DNA of 64,000 bases from NCBI GenBank assembly GCA_964057225.1, contig OZ059899.1, forward strand, positions 13,764,001 to 13,828,000, read 5' to 3'. Under the pieces are notes generated by a model that searched no databases, had not been told where the DNA came from, and saw nothing but the letters and a program-made list of their open reading frames with translations. Shown here piece after piece: positions 53,301 to 64,000 of the stretch (its first letter is position 1; each line of letters begins with the position of its first letter). The DNA is from Auanema rhodensis. Lineage: Eukaryota > Animalia > Nematoda. A program made the translations under genes and the position numbers.

Positions 53301-55713
53301 CGCATATAGATACAGATTGAACTATGAACACACGATATATAGTTCGAAATTACGTGAAGAGAACATAGGCCAGGTGAATCCATAAAAGCCGGAGATGGTC
53401 TTCTTCCACTTTCGTTTGGTCAGCATGCATAGAACCAGTTTTCAACTGAATATCTCACTAACCGTCCCCCTATGTTCGCGATTTCACGCCGAGACTGTTT
53501 GCTTATTCTAAGTTTTAAAAAGAAATCCCTCCCGCCACTCGGTGCGTCTTCCCATTTAAAGTAGTTTTATAACAAACCTTTGAGTTTTAACGGCCTTCTT
53601 TGCATATACGATAGAATAGCGGCTTCAAGACCATCATATAGATTAACTGGGACATGAATATTCTGAGTTGCATAGCCTAAATCAATTAGATATCTGATAA
53701 AAAAGAGAAACAAGTTAAAACAACTAACCTGTTAAAGTGAAAACAGGGAGGAAGGTGTTCACCAAAAACGGCTTTGACGATAAATCTTGAGGCAACAAAC
53801 GATAAAAGAGATCGAACATCATTTGACTAGTACAGTTTTTTGGCACCCCTTAACAAGATGAAGTTTCCGTTTGATTTATGCTCGATATACACAAACCTGG
53901 GCATTCAGAACAATTTTCTGAGCAAGCTACTTTGCAGGAAACAAGTTGATCGCGATAGGAAGCGCAGTAAGATACAGTGTTCTTGACTATGTCCACATCT
54001 TTATCCGTTAGTTCCGTACAGTTAACAAGGAAATTAGGAGATAAGCACGCAAACATGTTAGCAACACTCCAAACATTTCGATATGGAGTATAGCCATCAA
54101 AAGCAGAGATTTCAGCTGAAGCATTTGAATGCAAATAGCATAAATCCGATAAGAAGCTTTTTTCAAATAAGGAATTATAGCTAGGTATTTCAACAATGAA
54201 TTGACTAAGGTGATTCACTAAAAATAGCATAATATATGCAAAAAAGATGAGAAGTATACTTACTCAAAGGGATTGGTGCATCATAACACGGTACATTCTG
54301 TACTGCAAATAAGAGATCATCTGCCCATCCTCGAGCAATTCTACGTCTTATAGTTGTATTGGTATGGGTATTGGTATTGGTATTGGTATTGGTGGCAGGA
54401 CTCAGAACAGGAGGTAAGTCAGGATCTTTTTCTCCAGAATTAGCGAACGGTATGCGATTGGAGGACGTTAAATGTAATTGTAGTTGTTGCCAGGCTAAAC
54501 GGGGCCCTGAATAGTCGGTGTCCTTCGTGTCAAACCCCTGAAAGATATAGATAAATATTGATTGGAATATGCACTACACCAATTTTAATATTTTGAGGTT
54601 AAGATATCATTCTCTCACATGAAAAGAACATAAATCTAATTGATCATGAGGTTTTCAAGATTATCGAGGTGAACTGACAAACAGTTCCGGTTCTATTACA
54701 AATTTTTTTATGTGTGATTTCGTTTAACTAGTTCCTGGCCACCTTCAGTTATGAATTTTGAAGGAGGAAATGCATGAGTGAAGGGAGATTGTCTGGGAAT
54801 TGTTATGAGGTAGCTATCCCATTTCACTTTCTGACCGGATTAACTGCGACTAAAATTAGTAGCGCAATATAATAAAGAATTTTCTAATGTTCTTCACAAA
54901 AAATCCGTTAATGTCATTTCTTCACAGAATCTCAAGTAACTAACTCCGACAACTCGTAAAATATGTTATACATTCTGGAATACAATAGCTTATTTCAATA
55001 AAATAAAGCCTAGGCTTAGTTGGCATCGAGTACAGAACTCAGCAATCTGTTAGCGTACGATCCGGTCATTATCTGCGACTGACCCATTTGATCACTCGAC
55101 TATTTCAGTCTCTTCCTCTCACTATTATGGAATATAACTTCAAACCATAATGCTTCTTCAAACATTTTGAAACACTCTTGATAATAAGATATTTAATGAA
55201 ATGATTTATATTTCTAATATTGAAGGTTCAAAACGCTCAGCTAAAAGTGCTTCCTACTAAATGGCACTGGGCTTGATAGATGGCTATAAAAATTGGCAAA
55301 ACTTATATCAATTGTAGCATCGTATTTAGTTTTTTAGAATACGAGACTTGAAATATGATGAAACAGGTTTCCTGGATTTTATAAGACCTTAGTCACCTCT
55401 TTTTACAAAAAAAGGTAATACAACATTCAATCTACACCTATAGTTTAGACAGTCAACCGTGGGAAAATAATCAAAAATAAACAATATAATAGTAAAAAAA
55501 AACTTCAAGGCAACAAAAACATTAAAATTCAAAGAGAATTGATCGAAGACAACTTACGATTTCAGCATTGTTTGTGAGGCGAACTGGGTAGAAATATAGC
55601 AGAAGCAGAGGTAGAACTCCGGTAAGGAGTAAAGACACGATTAAAAATGCTAGCGGATAATTAAAGAGAAGTCTTGAATACCATCGTAATAAGCCTGAGG
55701 CAAAATTCGCCAT
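50311..55713 (-). CDS. che-14: Dispatched-family (RND/sterol-sensing domain) 12-TM protein, probably CHE-14
   Basis: GFDTKDT, FPLLNLVIFVLLICFGTDDAFLL (GxDD), [48 protein letters not shown]. che-14 rather than ptd-2 rests on recalled adjacency to ccpp-1. An in-frame upstream ATG exists at 55821. Confidence 0.85.
54356..54393 (-). repeat. Coding hexamer repeat (ACCAAT)n encoding TNTNTNTHTN
   Basis: gtattg units on plus strand, in che-14 exon 2. Confidence 0.9.
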
Positions 55714-55957
55714 CAGGGTCTTAGACCCACGTCGTGTCAGACGGGGGGAAAGTAAAAGACTGATGGTGTCCGAAACGAGTGGGCGTGGTTTGCGGTAGAC
55801 TAGACCTTCCCCCCCCTTCATGCAATGAAATGGTTACATTGAAATCATAAGAATAGAACAATTTGAGAAAAAAAACTTTTACTCATATAAGAGGAAAAGC
55901 ATAAAACTCTTCGACTTAAGTCAATCCTAATCTATCACTATCTATAAAAATCAGAAG

Positions 55958-57297
55958 TTATGAATTTTCATCTAAAGCTGGTTCATCATCTTCAACAACG
56001 ACCTGAAACCAAAGACTGTACAATATCTTATTATCAATAATCACCTGAATTATTCCGGAATGAATAGCGAAGATAGCAGAAAGAGTAAAAGCAACCAAAC
56101 CAAAAAGAATCGCATCACGAACAGGCATTTCTTCTGTTGTTTGCTCTTCCTCAGCATTCTTTTCCTAATAAGAAGTGATAAAAAAGAATTATCTGGAAAT
56201 AAAACCTTTTCTACTTCTTTCGTTTTCTCAGCCTTTAAGAGACGGCTCTTCCATATTTTGACTTCATAACTCTGCTGTTTCAATTGCTCATCCGTGGAAG
56301 GCAAATAAATAGAGATAATAGATTCAACAAATCTGTGCTGAACAGAAAAAAATTATTATGGAATTTAAGAAACAACCAACTAGATTAGGACAAGCAGACA
56401 GATGAAGCTGTAATTTATCATTAGGTAAAGGTAAACGTGATAACGGGGCCAAATATCCAAACACTAAGGCATCCAAAGAGCTGGGCCTGAAATAAGTATG
56501 AGAGAAATTTGAAAACTGGTGGTTGACTAACTTATTGCCACACATGAATTTATTGTCTCCTAATTTGGTAGACAATGAGTTTAAGGCCTGAATGCAACAA
56601 TTCTGTCCGTCATACTAAAAGTAGTCAAACCTGGAGTGCATTTTTCATGATTTGATTCACATTTTTATCAGCCAGAAAACGCATTGCTTTTTTTCTTCTC
56701 TTTTCCAAGTAATACATATTATACGGGAATGGTAGCTTAGAGTTATACCAATATTGGGTAGTGGTTGTATAGTTCAGCTCATCTATCCATAGTGAATGTA
56801 TCTTAAACAGCATAGGTAATTAATTTCAAAATTCACTTAAAGAACCACGGCAGGGAGAAGATGTTGCTGCAAATAAGCATTAAACGCATCAATTTTGGAT
56901 CTTTCGGATGCTGTTAAATCACCATCAATAACTACTTCTTGATCACTATGACGCAACATATTCACAAATCTTAATAAGGTAAATAGCTTGTTTGTAATAA
57001 CTATTTCTTACTTGTCAAAATCAGTTGTAGTCTCATTATGATTACTTTTATCGATGAGTACTGGGTATTCTCCTTAAAATAACAGGAAAAATAAGAATAA
57101 GTGTCTATAGGTACCATTAGGCGAATTCCAGGGCGATGTTGAGGAAACAACTGTGATCGGACTTGCACACATCTTCGAACAGGACTAAAGTAACCGAAAT
57201 ACATGGAAGTTCAGAGAACGAAACCTACCAAAAACTGAAGGCAAGTCACATCGATGGATGGCAAGCCAAAGTCTGCTGGCCAGACATGTAATTCCAT
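55958..57297 (-). CDS. mtx-1: Metaxin-1
   Basis: [64 protein letters not shown]-terminal [25 protein letters not shown]. Confidence 0.95.
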
Positions 57298-57573
57298 AAT
57301 CTAAGTAATGAAAATCTACATCCAACAAAATACAAAACAATACTTCAAATAAACATCGGTATTTAACCAATTTTCACGAATAAGAATATTAACAAAATTA
57401 TTTAACTATAAAAATGTTCATGTAAAATGAGCAACGATAATGAGAGTCTTTCTAACCGTATTACCCCAGTATGATAAGGCGAGAAATTTGCATTATAATA
57501 ACCGTATGAATTATTTGACTAGTAAATAAGAATATATACATAATATACAGCGTGCGAAGAAAACATATATACA

Positions 57574-60500
57574 TTATTTCCAAACTTTAATAATACCTTC
57601 AGAAGAAGATGAGACTAGGTAGTCGTTATCCACAACCATTAAATCAGTAATTGGTGTTCGATGGCAGTTGGCTGCCTAAAATATTTCATCTTAAATTTTC
57701 CATTTAATTAGTTTGTTCACCTTATATTCGATAGGCGGAATGTGTCGTAAAGTGTTTTGCTGATTTGGTATCTTAACTTCGTGAATAACTATTGTGTTAT
57801 TGTCAATTTCAGATTCTCTGAATGTAGTCCTGTAAGGTGACCGCTCTGAAAAAAAATATATTTGAATAGAAAACAAAGAATATAAAACCTTGAATAAATC
57901 TAGGACCGTTCAAATACAAGCAATCATAAGCAGAATGAGGGTACCATCTTCTTAGAGCTCCTATAACGCACATATATGAGAATAAACCATAAAAAGAGAT
58001 CCCACCTTGTGCATCTCCAGTGAAAACTGCACCAGTTTTCTCACATACTGTGAGAGCATCAGTTATGTTTCGAGACTCTACCTTCAAGAATATCAATCAA
58101 AAATAAAAAAAAAAATAATAAATATCTTACATCTTGAGCACCTTTTCTAGGTTCTCCTGTGGAAGGCCAGAGAATTCGTGAAACGTTTGAAGTAGGTTGG
58201 CTCAAGTCAAAAATGCTGATATTGCCATGTGTTTGGAATTGAACAAACACCTACAAGGTTTAAACATTAAGGCCATAACCCTTATTTTCAAACCTCTGGC
58301 GACTGATATGATGACCGAACATTACTCCATACTTTCACGGGGATATGTTCTTTATCGGCTTCACGAGAGCTAACTTCCATTTGAAAACTATAAAAAAAAC
58401 CAAAACAAAAGTATAAAAATATAAGAATATATTACCGAACATCCCATAAAATCAAACGAACATTTGTGCATGCTAAGCACATCCAATTAGCTTGCCATGG
58501 ATCAATACAGAATGAGGTAATCTAAGGAACAGAAAAATAAACACAACCGCATACACCGCGATGAAAATCAAAAAAAAATGGTGCCAAGTCATAAAACATA
58601 ATGAAATAGATAAATAATGAAAAGTACACTGTGAAATCAAAAACAAAAACTTACTAGTCCATGGTTTTTGCTGATATCTCGTCTCCAAGCCTCATGTTTC
58701 CCTAGGGGACCATGGGAATCACCTACTCTACATATTAATAAATTATACAAATAGTATTACAAAAATAAAAAAATACCTACTGTCCAAGCAATACAAAGCA
58801 TTATGATGAGTTCGCACAAAAATTAAATTTCCGTCAACATGCATTTGTTTAGCAGGACCGTCTGATACCGGGAATTTAACCTTCAATTACGAAATAAAGA
58901 TTTCAACACAAATGAAAAAACACCTTAGATATTTCCTTGAAACCTGATGTTACATCTCCCCAAGTAAAGTCGCCTTTTGAATTGAAAAAGCCTAACTCAC
59001 CTCGCTGAGTCCAGCCAACTCCATCTATGGAAGGAAGAGCTATAACATAGCATAGATATGAGGCATTGTATTATGAAGAAAACATACGCAGATCAACAGA
59101 ATACTTGTCCTTTTTTCGTGAAAGTGTTGGATATGTCTCCTTACTGCTGATGGAATCATAGAATTCACCAATAACTGTTTTAACATTCCAGATTTTTACT
59201 GTACCATCTTTAGATGCACTAGCAAAGAGCGATTGAGACTTATGCAAGGCAAGCCTGAAACTTCGATGAAAAACAAAGAAAAATTTTGAAAAAACATACT
59301 GTGTGATCGAATCAGAATGCTCGTGAAGATGTGTGATCAAAGTAATCGGATTTTTTCCTGTTCCGGATATAGAAGAAGTTTCTTTGCTTTCTTTTTGTTC
59401 TTTAGGTTCTTTTCTAAAATATTATTCAAAATAAAAGCTAGAAAGAAAATAGTCATACTGAGGATTCTTTGTTCCACCTGCGAGAACGAATAAATAATGT
59501 TTATATTCTAGTAATTCTTGCAATTGATTTCCACAAAGCGAATTCCGAACTGAATTATGAAGTCAATTTTCATTAATAATTGCAAATTAACCTTGTAAGC
59601 CGCAGAAAGATTCATCGTAAACAGTTGAATTCAGAGTAGACTGAAGATACTGTATATCTAATGAGAATAAAATAACAGTCAAACCTTCTTTCTATGATAA
59701 TAAATATTTCGAGTAACTTTACTGTATGCATCAGAAGATAAATCAATAACTCCTCGTTGCAATGTTAAATGTCCTTCCATGCCATCACTTAATTTCACAA
59801 ATATGAATAAAATCTCAAAGAACAACTCATTACATCTTACGAGAGTCGATCAACTTCTTCAAATCAAATCTTTTGAAGCTATTCAGAATGTCTTGATTCA
59901 ATCCATCTTCTTTATCAAAAGCCTTGGAAAACCACCTAGATTCCCAGTCCAAAGGTATTTTCTTTATAATAGCATCATCTGAATTTATGCATTCAAAATA
60001 CTATCAAGATCCTAAACCAACTAATTTTCCGTAAAAATTCTGAAACCTGAGAATCTTTGAGATTAGCCATTACAGCATTCCAGTGAGAACGACTAATACC
60101 GCTTTTAAGGTTGTTAAAAGCAGCAACCTTAAATGCAAAGATAAAACAAACTCCAATAATCTACAAACCTTATGGTTGAACCTCATTAAACCTTTTCCTT
60201 TAAAGTAATCTTGAACACATGGTAATACTTTACAATAGTTATCTGCAAGAGACCATCGAGAGTCCAAAAGAACTAATAGATTGACTACTTGAAACCTTAT
60301 CCATTCATTCTTCAATAGCATAAATTAGATACTAAATCTATAAACAAACTTACTGGATGAGCCAAAAAAGAAGCAGCACACTGCAATAACTCAGCAACGG
60401 AAGTGCGATCGAGCATATCAGCAGCACAAAGTAGAGTTATACAGTGAAGTACCCGGATAATGACTAATTCTTCGTAATCATGCATACCCTGTAAGAAACA

Positions 60501-63069
60501 ATAATTTCAATCAAGAACATTCTCACCCACCTGATACAAAAGAGGCTGCACAACACTTGACTTCTGAAGACTGATCGGAAGAGATTCAAAAAATGCAGAT
60601 CGTAAGCGCCAATCGCATTTAGAATTCAAGAAGGTGATCATGTGTTGATATGGTAAATCACCTTCTAAAATAAAAAAGAAAATAATCGACAATAATAAAA
60701 AAACTTACGTCCGTTCTTAGAAAAAAAGTTTGTTAGAAGAGCCAGGTTATGTTGTTGAATTAAAGCTTGTCTAACAGTTTTGCAATTTTCTGCTACACTC
60801 AAAGATACAAATAATTCTTCAATAGATTTAAACAGAGCCTGTCTTTCATTATTCCATTGCTGAGCTTCTATTAAAGAACATTTGAAAAACAAGTCATTTT
60901 AACTTAAAAAAAACCTGTAAGATTTTCAATCCCCGAGCATTCATCATCAATATCATTACGGAGACTACGTCCGGCCACAAGAAACCTGCAGAGACAAAAA
61001 TTAAACAAGCTTAAATATCATACAACACCTATATGCGGTTTGAGCTATGGTTCCCAGATTACAGGCAAGAGCAAGAATGCATGAGGTAGTGGTAGATTTC
61101 TGTTTATCCCAAAGCGTATGCTTAAAATATATAAAAGTAAGTAAGAATTCAAAACAAAAATACATACAAACTCCGGTAAAAGATAATCAATGAAAATTAA
61201 TGAATCTTCAAAACAAGAAGGTTCAAGAGGCCTAGTGAGATCGACAATAGAATGAACAGCAATAGCCCGTATAGACTCATCATCATCAGACAAGAAGTAA
61301 ACCTATGTTTTAAAAGATAAATTAAAAAAGGAAATTAATAATAATACCAAGTATGGAAGGATCCTGAACGTACTAACAGACGTATCGCATAGAGAGGCAA
61401 ACTTTAACAACAGATTCATAGCCTCCTGAAGTGAAAAAATGACTTAAATTATATATTTATAAACACTCCTACCACTTTCGATTGTGAATGTCTCAATGAC
61501 CTAATATTGGAGGTAATCAGTGTTACAAAAAGAACAGCAAAAGGTCTAGTCTTGGAGCATTCATCCAACTTATTCCACAACATTACTTCATCACGCTTTA
61601 ACCTGGATTTGTGATTTAGAAAAGATACAAACTTACATAAAAACCACTTACTTGGCGATAACATCATCAGGATCAAAGCATTCATTAGAGGAAGATGGAA
61701 CAAGTTCTTCGATAGATTGCGTTGACACATTTTCTTTCGGTCGGAAAGCATTGAAATAATTGAATATAGAATCCAAAATAGCAGGGAATTGCAAAGCTGT
61801 ACCTTCCAGCTAAAAAGTACAATAAAGAATCCATAATTTTCTAAGATTCATACCACTTGCGTAGCAGTCATTCTCATTTTTGGTTCTTGATTTAATAGCA
61901 TTTTTAGTAAAGGACGAAATTGAGGAGACACATCTCCAAGCAGCCTACATTATTCCAAAGATATAATTATTGATCAAGATCATTTTACTTGTCTAAATAA
62001 TCTGCAGCAGCACTGTGAGGCATTCTTGAGTATTCACATAATTGCCTATAATTAAAAGGAGATTTTCCTTCGCAAAGCATTTCATAAACAACACATCCGG
62101 CGGAAAACATATCCATAGTATGAGTAAGTGTTCCTGAAATAATATTTTTCCCCAAATAAAACTCAACCATAAAAAGACTAACCGAACATCCACTTATCAC
62201 CGAGTTCACGAGCTTTCTTATCGAACTCAGTAGATATTAAAAATCTTTCGGGAGCTAAGTTACAAACTTCTTTTCCACTCGTATCAAAAAAGAACGTGAA
62301 ATGAGAAGGATTATCCTATAAATGGTGTATATTTCAAAACAGAATGCTTATTTAACAACTCACATTTGGCAAAAACGTTGGTTTGAAGGAAGCAAAATCA
62401 GTAAGTTGGACCCAATTGATAGATGACATCACGATATTTTGGGTTTTAATATCTCCATGAAAAACATCTGCTGCTTGACATTGAGCCAAGGCTTTAAATA
62501 TTTGAAAAATATACCTTTAAAAAATTTAAAATGTGTTTAAAATATGAAATCTAACCATAATCTTTCTTCATTGTTTATAAATGGTCGAGTGCTTAATCTA
62601 TCGCTCAATGTATATTTCTGATAAGGTCGTTCTAGTACAACAGCTTTAGGCTTTTGCTAGAATCGAACATACATTACAATTTGACTTGTAAATCAACATA
62701 CGTAAATTTTTCGGAAAGGAGAACAATTGGGAGATTTAGCTAAAGAATTTCGTATTCGTATGACTTCTTCAACGAATGAACTGATATTTTCATTAATGGT
62801 TTTGCCATCCTAAAGTAAAACTTTTATTCAAATAAATATTTATCTCATTTCGAACCTGTATCAAATAAACCTTATAAACATTAATCAATCCAGAGGATCT
62901 ACCTCTGGCAACTTTCATAAATCGAGTACTCCCCAAACTAAATATTCAATAATACAGCATTGGTTTATCACTCTTCTGTATACCTTTCTGAACTGATCCC
63001 TAGATCTGATAAATAATGTTCTACTGGTAATATTTCCGCCGGATTAGCAGCTGAAACAGCATTTCCCAT
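57574..63069 (-). CDS. vps-15: VPS15/PIK3R4 (kinase-like domain, HEAT repeats, WD40)
   Basis: MGNAVS myristoylation start; [89 protein letters not shown], terminal GIIKVWK*. Confidence 0.96.
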
Positions 63070-64000
63070 GTTTTATACAATAGTCTGTAATATATTAGTA
63101 TTAATGTACTACATAAATCTTTTTTATTTAAAGTATGAATACTATAATAATTAAATAATGCAGCTAATTTTATTCGATTAAATGGAATTATTCACTATAA
63201 ATCATATCTTTCTAATCATATATTCAAATCTACTGATCAAAAAGCGTAAAGCTAAAGCGTAGAAATATGAGAGAAAAGAGACAGAAAAAGGATTATCATT
63301 GGAGCGCAGGTTCTAAAAAGCTATCTCAACTAAGATCACCACCATTTCACATCTTTTTAATATGAAATAGTTGTTGAAAATAGCATTTAAAACTATTATA
63401 TTTTGAAAGAAGTTTAAAACTGCGAAATCTTTGTAACATACGGTTTAACCATTGATTTGTTCATTTATTAAATCACAAATAAAATATTATAATATTGTTT
63501 TTTCCAGTTTCGTCATATATCGTTTGATTGATATGATGTTTATCATATGATGAAAGGATAAAATAATCAGTTATTGAGAGAAGAAACGAACTTACGCTTT
63601 ACAGTGTAAATACTTCAATGCAACCGCTCGCGATTTGAAAATGAATGAAATGAAGAAGTTCCGTGAACACGTGAACGCTTTGCTACTACTAGGCGTCGCT
63701 AGTGTGTATGACATAATCTATTTTGTTTAATATACTTCGATCATTTCAAATTCCAATATAAATTTTAAAGACTATTTTTTTACAATTAAGGTACGTAAGT
63801 TTGAAACAAATATGTTGTGAAAACTTTATCTCAAATCAACAATAATATCTACATACTTGTCTGGTCATCATTATTTTGGCTTGTAGTTAAAATAAACCAA
63901 TTCACGGTGCAGCTTGAGGAGATGTTAAATTAGCTGGTCGGTATTGTAAATCTATTGGCTTTCGGTCATCATACAAAGTAGGAGCTTGTAATAATATAAC

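Overview
AT-rich rhabditid nematode genomic DNA (40-55 nt GT-AG introns, TTTCAG-type acceptors a few nt before start codons as expected for SL trans-splicing). Genes were spliced by eye, so coordinates are first to last coding base. There are 17 protein genes: an SLC35/TPT-like transporter, an N-myristoylation-motif coiled-coil protein, a DUF1399/GRDP protein in a (CT)n-rich domain, two convergent serpentine chemoreceptors, a cuticle collagen, two convergent LITAF genes, bag-1, a POGLUT2/3 (KDELC) glycosyltransferase, a p24 (tmed-3), a mucin/lectin-like/EGF 7TM receptor with no GAIN domain, KGD4/MRPS36, ccpp-1, a Dispatched-family gene (probably che-14), mtx-1 and vps-15. Best leads: (1) the GAIN-less adhesion-type receptor; (2) a structured ~400-nt segment of the first che-14 intron carrying a 1.5-repeat TTAGGC template plus H/ACA-like boxes (speculative telomerase-RNA-like candidate); (3) a perfect RFX/DAF-19 X-box in the KGD4 last intron upstream of ciliary ccpp-1, with weaker X-boxes at two uncharacterised genes; (4) a POGLUT2/3 gene with two GC-AG introns whose 3' end overlaps tmed-3. 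No rRNA, tRNA, CRISPR or intact transposon was recognised. No computation or database search was run.
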